Source: Nitriliruptorales bacterium | GTDB lineage: Bacteria > Actinomycetota > Nitriliruptoria > Nitriliruptorales > JAHWKO01 | DNA length: 48,505 bases | Assembly (NCBI GenBank): GCA_036260415.1 | Contig: DASZZX010000260.1 | Span: 1-48,505 of the forward strand | Direction of reading: 5' to 3' | Part shown: positions 8,449-17,501 of the stretch, piece after piece | Position numbering within the stretch: position 1 is the first letter of the stretch | How the letters are laid out: each line of letters opens with the position of its first letter | Position numbers and translations under genes: made by a program | The notes under the pieces: generated by a model | What the model was told of the DNA's origin: nothing | Databases searched by the model: none | Seen by the model: the letters and a program-made list of their open reading frames with translations, nothing else

Positions 8449-9258
8449 CTAGGGGGATGGCACCACCCGTCGCGCGACCGTCAGGAAGCCGGTGTGGGCG
8501 ACCATGCGGTGGTCGGGCCGCACCACGAGGCCCTCCACCGTCCACCCCCGCACCAGGGTCTCGGTCGTCTGCACCAGCCCGTAGCGTCCGTCCGCCTGCA
8601 GCGTGTCCACCAGGCGCATCACCTGGGTGACGGTCGGCGTGTAGGCGACCAGGACACCGCCGGGGCGCAGCGCGTCCGCCCCGGCCTTCACCGGCTCCCA
8701 CGGTTCGAGGACGTCGAGCACCAGCCGGTCGCACGCGAGACCCGGCAGCGCGTCGCCGAGGTCGCCCTCGTGCAACTCCCAGTTGTCCGGCATCCCTCCG
8801 AGGACGTCGGTGACGTTGCGGCGGGCGTACGCCAGGTGGTCGGCTCGCCGCTCGTAGGAGACGACACGGCCCTCGTGACCGACCGCGCTGAGCAGCGCCA
8901 GGCTCAACGCGCCCGACCCTGCTCCCGCCTCGACCACCGTGCACCCGGGGCGGACGTCGCCGAGCGCGACGATCATCGCCTGGTCCTTGCGGTACACGAC
9001 CTGGGCACCGCGCGGCATCTTCAGCGTGACGTCCTCCAGGGTCGGCCGCAGCGCGACCACCTCCATGCCCCGTGAGGTCCGCAGCGCTCGGCCCTCGGGC
9101 TGGCCGATCAGGTCGTCGTGGCGGATCACGCCCGCGTGGCTGTGCCACTCCCCTCCCGGCTGGAGGGTCACCAGGTAGCGGCGGTCCTTGCGGTCGCGCA
9201 GCACCACCCGCTCGCCTGCGCCCAGCGGCGCGTCCGCTCCCGGCAGGCGCGCGCTCAC
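8449..9258 (-). CDS. trmI: tRNA (adenine58-N1)-methyltransferase TrmI
   Basis: SAM-binding motif VVEAGAGSGALSLALL and overall Rv2118c-like layout, in the conserved position upstream of arc. GTG 9258 overlaps the upstream gene's stop (GTGA). The track ORF extends to 9330. Confidence 0.85.
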   Translation of the reverse strand: MSARLPGADAPLGAGERVVLRDRKDRRYLVTLQPGGEWHSHAGVIRHDDLIGQPEGRALRTSRGMEVVALRPTLEDVTLKMPRGAQVVYRKDQAMIVALGDVRPGCTVVEAGAGSGALSLALLSAVGHEGRVVSYERRADHLAYARRNVTDVLGGMPDNWELHEGDLGDALPGLACDRLVLDVLEPWEPVKAGADALRPGGVLVAYTPTVTQVMRLVDTLQADGRYGLVQTTETLVRGWTVEGLVVRPDHRMVAHTGFLTVARRVVPSP

Positions 9259-10406
9259 CCGTGGCCGCCCGTGGGTGTCAGCTGGGGGAGGCGGGCCACC
9301 ATCCGCTCGCGCTGACGGCAGAACGCGCACGTCTCCGCGGTGGTCGGCATGCCGCAGACACCGCAGGCGCGCAGCTCCACCTCGTCCCGCCCGGCGTCAG
9401 CGAACCTGTCCGCGTGCCGGTCGAGGAACCCGAACAGGAACTGCGCCTTGGTGCCCGGCGCGTGGCGCTCGATCACGTTGAGCGCCTCCTTGAGTTCCAT
9501 GCCCGTGTTGCCCGCCACCAACGGGCACTCCTCGACGACGTAGTCGATGCCACGGACCACGCAGTACGCGGCCGTCTCGCGCTCGGACAGCCGGTAGAGG
9601 GGCTTGCACTTGCGCACCTGGTGGTCCCCGGTGGCCGGCAGCACGGGGCGCTGACGGGCGAGGAAACCGTCCTGCCAGCGCAGCACGTTGCCCAGGAGCG
9701 TGGCGGCCTCGTCGTCGAGGTTGTGGCCCGTGACCACCACGTCGTAGCCGCCGCGGACGGCCTCGCGGTTGAACACGTAGCGCTTGGAGAGCCCGCAGAC
9801 GCCGCAGGTCGCCCGTTCGGCCACCCGCGAGGCGTGCGGCACCGCGTAGCCGAACTCGTCGGCGAGGTCGACCTCCACCAGGCGCGCACCGCGCGCGGCG
9901 GCGAAATCCCGGCAGATCCAGGCGGAGCGGTCGCTGTACCCGCCGATGCCCAGTCCGACGTACAGCCCGTCCACCCGGTACCTCATGGCGAGCAGCGCAT
10001 CCCACAGCGCCAGGCTGTCCTTTCCCCCCGAGACCGCCACCAGGATGCGATCCGCGTAGCTGAACATGCGCCCGAGCCCGCCACGCTGGTCGATCGCCTT
10101 GCGGATCTGGCCGTGCACGTGCTCGACGAAGTGCTGGCCGCACCACGCCGCGCGGTGACGCGGCTCCTCGATCACGGCGTGACCCCGGCAGACCGTGCAG
10201 CGCGGTCCGCCCGCGCCACCGGAGATCACCGGCCTGATCTCCAGCTCGTCCTCGTCGGCGACCTGCGCCGCGGCCGTGACCAGCTGCCCGTCGCGGATCA
10301 CGAGGACGGTGTGCTGGTTGATGTCGAGCTGCGCGAGGACGTCGCCCACTGTGGCCGGCCCCTGCAGGTGGGCCTCACGATCGGGGTTGCGCAGGCGCAC
10401 GAGCAT
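9255..10406 (-). CDS. ttuA: TtuA/Ncs6-type tRNA 2-thiolation PP-loop ATPase with an N-terminal ThiS/MoaD-like ubiquitin-fold domain
   Basis: The N-terminal ~73 aa (MLVRL...DEDELEIRPVISGG) resemble a ThiS/MoaD beta-grasp domain ending in GG. The rest follows the TtuA layout: Zn finger CTVC...CGQH, PP-loop SGGKDS, Fe-S cysteines CGVCG and KCKP, and a C-terminal Zn finger CGVCG...CAFC. Confidence 0.8.
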   Translation of the reverse strand: MLVRLRNPDREAHLQGPATVGDVLAQLDINQHTVLVIRDGQLVTAAAQVADEDELEIRPVISGGAGGPRCTVCRGHAVIEEPRHRAAWCGQHFVEHVHGQIRKAIDQRGGLGRMFSYADRILVAVSGGKDSLALWDALLAMRYRVDGLYVGLGIGGYSDRSAWICRDFAAARGARLVEVDLADEFGYAVPHASRVAERATCGVCGLSKRYVFNREAVRGGYDVVVTGHNLDDEAATLLGNVLRWQDGFLARQRPVLPATGDHQVRKCKPLYRLSERETAAYCVVRGIDYVVEECPLVAGNTGMELKEALNVIERHAPGTKAQFLFGFLDRHADRFADAGRDEVELRACGVCGMPTTAETCAFCRQRERMVARLPQLTPTGGHG

Positions 10407-10657
10407 GGCGATCCGCTCCCTGCTCTGTGGGTCGCCGGGGACGTCGAACCCGGGCGACCGCGGTGGCCGGGCTGCGACCGTACCGCCGTACGTGCGCTCC
10501 CGCCCGCCACGGCCCTAGCGTCACCGGGTCGCGCTCCCTGCCGTTGGTACGGGGAGGGCGCAGGGCCGGCCGCGGTCGCTGTCGAAGACACTGTCCGCGG
10601 GTCGGCTGCCCGACCGACCCGCGTGCGTCCCTGCGCGGGGCGAGCAACGGAGGCGAC

Positions 10658-12088
10658 ATGGGCCTCGGGAGGACGCTGACGCACCCGCCCGCCGCCCTCC
10701 AGCGCGGCATCGTGCGGTCGCTCCGCGGGCTCGTCGCTCTTCCCCGCGCGGTCACGGGTCCCCTCGCCCGGACGGTCGTGGCCGTCCCCCGCCGACTCGC
10801 CGGTGCCGTCGCCGCCACCGCCTCCGCCACGCGGAAGGTGCCAGGCGCGACCGCCCGGGTGGCGGTGCTGGCCGTGCTGGTGCCCCTGCTCGTGTCGCCG
10901 ATCGGTGGGGCGGCGCCCGAGCGGGCCGCCGAGGTCGGCGGCGTGGCCATCGCAGTCGCTCCTAGCCCCCGTGGGCTGCAGGCGGTCCCGGCCGGTGCTC
11001 CGGCGGCGCCGCAGGACGTGGCGGCGCAGCAGGCACCGGCCGCACCCCGGCCGGAGATCCCCGACACCGTCCAGTCGCTCGTGCCCGACCTGATCGTCCG
11101 CCCCGCGCAGGGTGTCCCCCAAGAGGGCCTCGCCGCGCTGACCGTCCCGGGGGTGCAGCACCTGACCGGCGCCGTGGAACAGCAGGTGACGGTCGCCGCG
11201 CCGGCCGGCCCGGCGCCGTTGCGCCTGCTGGTGGTCGACCCCGCGGCGTTCCGGCCGCTCACCCCGGAGTCGACCGCGCAGACCAAGGCCGTGTGGGAGC
11301 GGCTGCTGGACGGCGAGATGGTGGTCCGTCACGACGTCGCTCAGCAGCTGCAGCTGGAGCTGGGTGGGACGGTCCCCGTCACCGGCCCGTCAGGTCAGGC
11401 CGTGCCCATCCGGGTCGGCGCGTTCGCCTCCAACGGGGCGCCTCCGCTGGCCGACGCGATCGTGCCGTGGGAGGTGGGAGGTCGCCTCGGTGCGCAGGCG
11501 CCCAACCTGCTGGTGATCGCGGTCACCGACGACACCGAACCCAGCTCGGTTGGCGAGCAGGTGGTGTCCGCGCTGGGCGGGGGGCAGGTGACCCCGGTGC
11601 AGCCGCCGCAGCAGCAGCGCGCCCAGCTGGTCGGAGCCGGCTCGGCGCACTTCGAGCCGTTCTCCTACATCGACCACGGCGATGGGATGATCTCGGTCGA
11701 TCCGGCCTGGGTGCGCGAGTGGATCGTGAGCGCGCCGCTGCCGATCTTCGGGGGCGTCGCCCGCTGCCACAAGGTCATGCTGCCCCAGCTGATCAACGCG
11801 CTGCTGGACGTGCAGGCCGCCGGCCTGGGCCACCTGATCGACCGCAGCGACTACGGCGGCTGCTTCGTCCCGCGCCACATCCTGTTCGACCCTGACCGGC
11901 CGATCTCGATGCACGCTTGGGGCATGGCGGTCGACTTCAACGTGCGCAGCAACCAGTACGGTGCCGTGCCCACGCTCGACCACCGCATCGTGGGGATTTT
12001 CGAGCACTGGGGCTTCCGGTGGGGCGGCGACTGGACGACGCCCGACGGGATGCACTTCGAACTGCGTGCCGTTATCCACGCACACTAG
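10658..12088 (+). CDS. secreted M15-family (VanY / D-Ala-D-Ala carboxypeptidase-like) peptidoglycan peptidase
   Basis: C-terminal SMHAWGMAVDFN...HWGFRWGGDWTTPDGMHFEL is typical of peptidase M15. ATG 10658 is preceded by GGAGG 5 nt upstream. The track ORF starts at 10427, but that upstream part is Arg-rich and looks non-coding. Confidence 0.75.
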   Translation: MGLGRTLTHPPAALQRGIVRSLRGLVALPRAVTGPLARTVVAVPRRLAGAVAATASATRKVPGATARVAVLAVLVPLLVSPIGGAAPERAAEVGGVAIAVAPSPRGLQAVPAGAPAAPQDVAAQQAPAAPRPEIPDTVQSLVPDLIVRPAQGVPQEGLAALTVPGVQHLTGAVEQQVTVAAPAGPAPLRLLVVDPAAFRPLTPESTAQTKAVWERLLDGEMVVRHDVAQQLQLELGGTVPVTGPSGQAVPIRVGAFASNGAPPLADAIVPWEVGGRLGAQAPNLLVIAVTDDTEPSSVGEQVVSALGGGQVTPVQPPQQQRAQLVGAGSAHFEPFSYIDHGDGMISVDPAWVREWIVSAPLPIFGGVARCHKVMLPQLINALLDVQAAGLGHLIDRSDYGGCFVPRHILFDPDRPISMHAWGMAVDFNVRSNQYGAVPTLDHRIVGIFEHWGFRWGGDWTTPDGMHFELRAVIHAH

Positions 12089-12127
12089 CTTCGCGGTATC
12101 CCGGCTCGGCCCACGGAGCTCACCACC

Positions 12128-12748
12128 ATGCCCCTCCTGGCTCTCGTCCGCCACGGCGAGTCCCTGTGGAACCTCGAGAACCGTTTCACCGGATGGGTCG
12201 ACGTCCCCCTGACCCCCCAGGGTGAGGAGGAGGCGCGTCAGGGCGCCAGGGTGATGCGGCGCCACGACCTGACCTTCGCGGTCGCCTACACCTCCGCACT
12301 GAAGCGCGCCACGGACAGCCTGGACATCATCGTGCAGGTGGCCGGGTACGACGGCGTGCCGGTGATCGGGGACCCGGCGCTGAACGAGCGCCACTACGGC
12401 GACCTGCAGGGTCTCAACAAGGACGACCTCCGCCGCCAGTACGGCGAGGAGCAGGTCCACCTGTGGCGCCGTTCGTACGACATCCCCCCGCCCAACGGTG
12501 AGGCCCTGAAGGACACCGCCGCCCGCACGATGCCGTTCTTCGAGCGGTCGATCCTGGGTGACATCCGCCAAGGCAAAGACGTGCTCGTCGTGGCACACGG
12601 CAACTCCAACCGCTCCATCGTGATGGTGCTCGACGACCTGTCCGAAGAGGAGGTGCCAGGGCTGGAGCTGCCCACCGGGGTGCCGCTGCTCTACGAACTG
12701 GAGAAGGACGGCGACGTCCTGGACAAGCGGGTGCTGGAGCTCGACTGA
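12128..12748 (+). CDS. gpmA: 2,3-bisphosphoglycerate-dependent phosphoglycerate mutase (short form)
   Basis: LVRHGESLWNLENRFTGWVDVPLTPQGEEEA, NERHYGDLQGLNK and VVAHGNSNRS are histidine-phosphatase / dPGM signatures. Confidence 0.9.
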   Translation: MPLLALVRHGESLWNLENRFTGWVDVPLTPQGEEEARQGARVMRRHDLTFAVAYTSALKRATDSLDIIVQVAGYDGVPVIGDPALNERHYGDLQGLNKDDLRRQYGEEQVHLWRRSYDIPPPNGEALKDTAARTMPFFERSILGDIRQGKDVLVVAHGNSNRSIVMVLDDLSEEEVPGLELPTGVPLLYELEKDGDVLDKRVLELD

Positions 12749-12903
12749 CCTGGCTCCGAGGAGGAGACCGGCGAGCGGACCGCGCCGGGTCGACCGATCG
12801 CGTCCGCACGGTGCCGGGACGCGGTTGCCGCCGGGAGGCGGGCAGGCCGTCGTTGCCAACCGGCCGTGCGACCGGCTACAACTCGCAGCCGTCGCCCATC
12901 GGG

Positions 12904-15057
12904 ATGACCACCGTGCGAACGCCTCTCCGCTGCACCGCCGCGGCCACCGTGGCAGTCCTTGCAGGGACCCTCCTGGCTGCCCCCACCGCCGGCGCGTGGG
13001 ACGGCCACACCCTGACCGAGCGTGTCGACGTCGCTCCCGGCGTGGTGCGGGAGGTCTACCGCGAAGCGACCGAGAGCGGCCCAGCCGGCGTGCAGGTCCT
13101 GCGGTTCCGGCTGGACGACCCCCGGGTGAGCGTCAAGCCGGAACTCGCCGGCGGCACGGTCCCCGGCAAGGAGACGGTGGCGGCCACCGTACGGCGGCTG
13201 GGTCCCAGCGCGGTGGCAGGGGTCAACGCCAACTTCTTCAACCCGGCGTGCAGGCCGACCCAACCGGTCGGTGACCCGTGCGGCCTGGTCGTCCGCGACG
13301 GGCTGGTCGTCTCCGAGAACGTCAAGAACGGCGGCTCGTGGCCGGGCAGCTTCGTGCTGTTCCCGCCCGGCAGCGGTCGTGACCGTCTCTACGCGGTCGG
13401 CAACGAAGGTTTCGCCGGCATCGTGGACTTCCCGGTCGGGGACCCGTTCACCATCAACGGGGTGGACCGCCAGCCAGAGTGGAACGAGCTGATCGCGTTC
13501 AACGCCGGCTACGGGGCCAGCACCGGCACGCCGTCGGACACGGTCGAGGTCCTGCTCGGGGACCTCGTCCTGGACGCCCACACCTTCGGCGAGTTCGCCG
13601 TCTCACAGGTGCGGACCGGTGGGAACTCACCGATCCCCGCTCGTGGCACTGTGCTGGCCGCTCGCGGCCAGACCGCCGCCCACCTCGAGGCCGCGGCTCG
13701 CGCGGCGCAGGAGCAGGGACGGCACGCGTACGTCCAGGCCACCACCTCCAGGGTGGAGTGGAGCGGTGCGCACCAGGGCATCGGCGCGGGACCGACCATC
13801 CTCAGGAACGGGCAGCTGACCTCGTCGTCGGACTGGTTCAGCGAGGGCTTCGGGCTGGCACACCACGAGCGCCACCCCCGCACCGTGGTCGGCTTCACCC
13901 CCGGCGGCGAGATGCTGCTCGTGACGGTCGACGGTCGGGGCGCGGGGGGCAGCGTCGGGATGACCACGGTTCAGACCGGGCACCTGATGCAGCACCTCGG
14001 CGCCGTGGACGCGGTGATGCTGGATGGTGGCGGCTCCACGACCATGTCGGTGGACGGCGGGGTCGTGAACGTGCCGTCCGGCGGGGAGCGCGCGGTGGCC
14101 TCCTCGCTCGTGCTCCACACCAACGTGCCCACCCCGGCGGTCGGCCGCCTGTCGGGACCTGACCGGTTCGCGACCGCAGCGGCGATCGCCCGGACGGGAT
14201 GGCCGAACGGCGTGGGCACCGTGGTGCTGGCCAGCGGCGCCCTGTTCCCCGACGCCCTGTCCGGCGGTCCCCTCGCGGGGCAGCTGGGCGCACCGCTCCT
14301 CCTGGTCGAGCGCGACCGGGTGAACCCCGCCACCGCGGCTGCGATCGCCAGCCTCCGCCCGCGGCGCGCCCTGGTCCTCGGCGGCCCGTCGGTGATCACC
14401 GACGCCGTGCTCGCCGAGTTGCGCGGCCAGGTGTCGGATGTGCGCCGCATCTGGGGCCCGGACCGCACCGCCACCGCCGCGGCGGTCGCCCGCGAACGGG
14501 GGACCCCGGGGCGGCGAGCGTTCCTCGCCTCGGCGGAGACGTTCCCCGACGCGCTCAGCGCCGCGGTGCCGGCGACGCGCGCGGGCGCGCCGCTGCTGCT
14601 GACCTGGCGCGACCGGCTCGCCGGCCCCGCCGCGGAGGCCCTGACGACGCTCGGCGTGCAGGAGGTGCTGGTGGCGGGTGGACCGGCGGCCGTCTCGGAT
14701 GCTGTGGTGGGCGAGCTGCAGGCGCGGGGGCTGACGGTCTCCCGGGTGGCCGGGGAGGACCGCTTCCAGACCTCCGCGCGACTGGTGGACTGGGCCATCA
14801 CGCACACGGGTCTGCCCGCCGCCTCGATCGTGTTGGCATCGGGCAGCAACTTCCCCGACGCCCTCGCCGGCGGACCGTTCGGTGTGCAGCAGCAGGCCGG
14901 CCTGCTGCTCACCCACCCACTCGACGTGAGCCGCTCCCGGCACACCCGCGCCTGGCTGGACGCCCGCGACCTGGACCGCGGCTGGTTACTGGGCGGGCGG
15001 TTGGCCCTGTCCTCGTGGGTCGGTTTCGGCCTGCAGGCGGCGATCGACGCCCGCTGA
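12904..15057 (+). CDS. secreted phosphodiester glycosidase (DUF2233/NAGPA-like) with three C-terminal cell-wall-binding (CWB2-like) repeats
   Basis: A signal peptide follows ATG 12904 (MTTVRTPLRCTAAATVAVLAGTLLAAPTAGA). The catalytic-domain region shows GVNANFF...LVTVDGRG...AVMLDGGGSTTM. It is followed by three repeats of the form [PE]DR[FT]xT[AS]A...FPDAL[SA]...GAPLLL. Confidence 0.75.
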   Translation: MTTVRTPLRCTAAATVAVLAGTLLAAPTAGAWDGHTLTERVDVAPGVVREVYREATESGPAGVQVLRFRLDDPRVSVKPELAGGTVPGKETVAATVRRLGPSAVAGVNANFFNPACRPTQPVGDPCGLVVRDGLVVSENVKNGGSWPGSFVLFPPGSGRDRLYAVGNEGFAGIVDFPVGDPFTINGVDRQPEWNELIAFNAGYGASTGTPSDTVEVLLGDLVLDAHTFGEFAVSQVRTGGNSPIPARGTVLAARGQTAAHLEAAARAAQEQGRHAYVQATTSRVEWSGAHQGIGAGPTILRNGQLTSSSDWFSEGFGLAHHERHPRTVVGFTPGGEMLLVTVDGRGAGGSVGMTTVQTGHLMQHLGAVDAVMLDGGGSTTMSVDGGVVNVPSGGERAVASSLVLHTNVPTPAVGRLSGPDRFATAAAIARTGWPNGVGTVVLASGALFPDALSGGPLAGQLGAPLLLVERDRVNPATAAAIASLRPRRALVLGGPSVITDAVLAELRGQVSDVRRIWGPDRTATAAAVARERGTPGRRAFLASAETFPDALSAAVPATRAGAPLLLTWRDRLAGPAAEALTTLGVQEVLVAGGPAAVSDAVVGELQARGLTVSRVAGEDRFQTSARLVDWAITHTGLPAASIVLASGSNFPDALAGGPFGVQQQAGLLLTHPLDVSRSRHTRAWLDARDLDRGWLLGGRLALSSWVGFGLQAAIDAR

Positions 15058-15146
15058 ACGGTCCGCCTCGGACGACGCCTCGAGCGCGTCGGGACAGGCC
15101 GGGCCGCCGGTAGGCTCAGGGCCGCCCCCGCGTCCGGAGGTCCTGC

Positions 15147-15947
15147 GTGCCGCAACCGGTCGTCCCCTCCGAAGGCTGGGGTGTCCTCCATCTCTTCCTC
15201 CGGCTCGACCGGGCCGCCGCCCCGTCGCTGCCAGCCTCCGCCGGCAAGGACCTGGCCGCCGTCCTGCAGCGCTACGAGCACGGCGACGAGGACGTGCAGG
15301 TGCACCTGTTCTCCGTGCCCGGTCACAAGGCCGACGCGATGGTGTTCGCCCTCGCGGCCGACCTGACCGACCTCCGGCGCCTGCAGACGGCCATCGCGAC
15401 GTCCGAAGCCGGCCCGGCGGTGCAGGTGCCGTGGTCCTACCTCAGCCTGACCGAGACCTCCGAGTACACCCCGACCCCGGAGGCGTACCGCGAGGAGATG
15501 GCCGCCAAGGGGGTGGTCGGCGACGACCTCGATCGGCGCGTGGCCGAGTTCGCCGAGCGGATGGCCGAGTACAACCGCCACAAGCTGTATCCGCAGATGC
15601 CGCGCTGGGAGGTCGCCTGCTTCTACCCGATGTCGCACCGCCGACTCGGCGACGACAACTGGTACCGGCTGGGGTTCGAGCAGCGACGCCGACTCATGCA
15701 CGACCACGGCCGCGCGGGTCGCGCCTACACCGGCCGGGTGCTGCAACTGGTGACCGGTTCGATGGGGCTGGACGACTGGGAGTGGGGCGTGACGCTGTTC
15801 GCCCACGACGTGGCCGACCTCAAGGAGATCGTCCAGCGCATGCGCTACGACGAGGCGTCCGCACGGTACGCCGAGTTCGGCCCGTTCGTGGTCGGCCTGC
15901 GGCGCAGCGCCGAGGAGCTGGTCCGGGAGTTGGGCCTGCCGGCGTGA
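15147..15947 (+). CDS. hemQ: coproheme decarboxylase / chlorite-dismutase-family protein HemQ (ChdC)
   Basis: SEGWGVLHLFLRLD...YPMSHRR...NWY...LMHDHGRAGRAYTGRVLQLVTGSMGLDDWEWGVTLFAHD...MRYDEASARYAEFGPF matches the actinobacterial HemQ pattern. Confidence 0.85.
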   Translation: MPQPVVPSEGWGVLHLFLRLDRAAAPSLPASAGKDLAAVLQRYEHGDEDVQVHLFSVPGHKADAMVFALAADLTDLRRLQTAIATSEAGPAVQVPWSYLSLTETSEYTPTPEAYREEMAAKGVVGDDLDRRVAEFAERMAEYNRHKLYPQMPRWEVACFYPMSHRRLGDDNWYRLGFEQRRRLMHDHGRAGRAYTGRVLQLVTGSMGLDDWEWGVTLFAHDVADLKEIVQRMRYDEASARYAEFGPFVVGLRRSAEELVRELGLPA

Positions 15948-15965
15948 CCGGCTGTCTGTGGTGAC

Positions 15966-17375
15966 GTGAGCGGGCCCGTGCCGCAGGCGGTGGACCTCGA
16001 ACTGCTGGTGCACCGCGCGACCGGTCTGCTGCGGCGCATCCGCATCGCGCCCGGCGACCGGCTGGTCACCCTGCTGGAGAACTCGCCGGCATCGCTGGCG
16101 GTCAGCGTCGCCACCCAGCTGGCCGGCGTCGTGCAGGTCCCCCTGCCCCCTGACCTGCCGCCCCGGGAGGTGGGGGAGGTCACCGGGGACGCGGAGCCGG
16201 CCGCGGCCCTGGTCTCCCCGACCGTGCCGGTGGCCGCCCGGCCCGGCGGCGTCGCGCTGCACGTCCTGGGCGAGCTGGCTGACGAGGACGCGGTCGAGCC
16301 GGGATCGGCCTGGCCCCTCACCCGTCCCATGTTCTACACCTCGGGGACCACCGGGCGGCGCAAGGGCGTGTGGGCGGGTGTGAACGACGCCGCCTGGGGC
16401 CGCGCGGTGATCGAGGACGAGCACCGCGCCTTCGGCGAGCGCCACGGCGACCGCCACCTCGTCGTCTCGCCGTTGCACCACTCGGGGCCGTCACGCTTCG
16501 CGACCGTCACCACGCTGCTGGGCGGGCGGGTGGCAGTGCTCCCCCGGTTCGACGCGGCGCTGTGGCGAGCGACGCTGCGTCGGGTCCGCCCCAGCTCGCT
16601 GTTCTGTGTCCCGACCCAGCTCCACAGGTTGCTGGCGCTGCCCGAGCTCTGCGCCGACGACCTCGCGTCGCTCCGGCTACTGGCGCACGCGGGCGCTTCC
16701 TGTCCGCTCCAGCTCAAGGAGCAGGTCATGGAGCTGGCGCCGGACGGCAGCGTGTGGGAGTTCTATGGCTCCACGGAGGGTCAGTTCACTGTCTGCCCCC
16801 CGCAGGTGTGGCGTGCGCTGCCCGGCACGGTGGGCAGGGCCCGCCCCGGCCGGCGGCTGGAGGTGCGCGACGACGCTGGCCGTGCCCTGCCGGCGGGTGA
16901 GGTCGGCACGGTCTGGGTGCACGCGCCGTCCCACGCACGGTGGCGGTACTGGCGGGACCCCGAACGGACCGCCCGGGCGTGGGACGGCGACGCGTTCACC
17001 GTGGGCGATCTGGGTGCGCTCGACGCCGAGGGCCGCCTGACGCTACGGGGCCGCCACGGCGACCTGGTGATCAGCGGCGGGGTGAACGTGTACCCCGCCC
17101 TGGTCGAGCACAGGCTGCTGGAGCATCCCGACGTCGCCGAGGCGGTGGTGTTCGGCTTGCCCGACCCGGAGTGGGGCGAGCGGGTGGTGGCCGCGGTCGT
17201 CCCCCGACCGGGACGCACCCCCGGCGAGCAGGCCCTGCGTGACCACGCGCGGGCGGCGCTGCGCTCCGCGGAGGTGCCCAAGCGGATCGTGGTGGTCGAC
17301 GCGCTGCCGCGCACCACCACTGGCAAGGTGCGGCGCGCCGGCCTGGCGGCGCACCTGGGTCTCCTGACCGTCTGA
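15966..17375 (+). CDS. AMP-dependent acyl-CoA synthetase/ligase
   Basis: AMP-binding motif FYTSGTTGRRKGV, plus YGSTEG, the GDLG...GRHGDLVISGGVNVYP hinge and a C-terminal TTGKVRR. Confidence 0.8.
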   Translation: MSGPVPQAVDLELLVHRATGLLRRIRIAPGDRLVTLLENSPASLAVSVATQLAGVVQVPLPPDLPPREVGEVTGDAEPAAALVSPTVPVAARPGGVALHVLGELADEDAVEPGSAWPLTRPMFYTSGTTGRRKGVWAGVNDAAWGRAVIEDEHRAFGERHGDRHLVVSPLHHSGPSRFATVTTLLGGRVAVLPRFDAALWRATLRRVRPSSLFCVPTQLHRLLALPELCADDLASLRLLAHAGASCPLQLKEQVMELAPDGSVWEFYGSTEGQFTVCPPQVWRALPGTVGRARPGRRLEVRDDAGRALPAGEVGTVWVHAPSHARWRYWRDPERTARAWDGDAFTVGDLGALDAEGRLTLRGRHGDLVISGGVNVYPALVEHRLLEHPDVAEAVVFGLPDPEWGERVVAAVVPRPGRTPGEQALRDHARAALRSAEVPKRIVVVDALPRTTTGKVRRAGLAAHLGLLTV

Positions 17376-17501
17376 GCGACGTCACGACCGCGCGGGCACA
17401 TCCGATCGTGCGCGCTGCCGCGCAGCGGCGGACGCGCGGGCGCACGATGCCCCGTCGGGCGACGGCCCCGCCGTGGCGAGCGCCAGGCTGGGCGGGGCCG
17501 G

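Noticed and set aside
4876-9075. 1399-aa plus-strand ORF, the longest in the track
   Set aside because: It runs antisense across dop, arc and trmI, all of which have unmistakable family motifs on the minus strand. Its translation is low-complexity (Val/Leu/Asp/Arg/Gly-rich) with no motifs. This is a typical high-GC shadow ORF.
13971-16481. 836-aa minus-strand ORF
   Set aside because: Antisense to the phosphodiester glycosidase, hemQ and acyl-CoA synthetase genes. It is Arg/Pro/Ala-rich low complexity with no motifs.
17407-17446. GC-rich nested hairpin (CGTGCGC...GCGCACG enclosing GCTGC-CGC-GCAGC) in the convergent gap between the acyl-CoA synthetase and K+ channel genes; also the palindrome CTGACCGCGGTCAG at 27329-27342
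   Set aside because: These are plausible bidirectional terminators. However, they lack U-tracts, and comparable stems occur by chance throughout this GC-rich sequence. That is not enough to call them as features.
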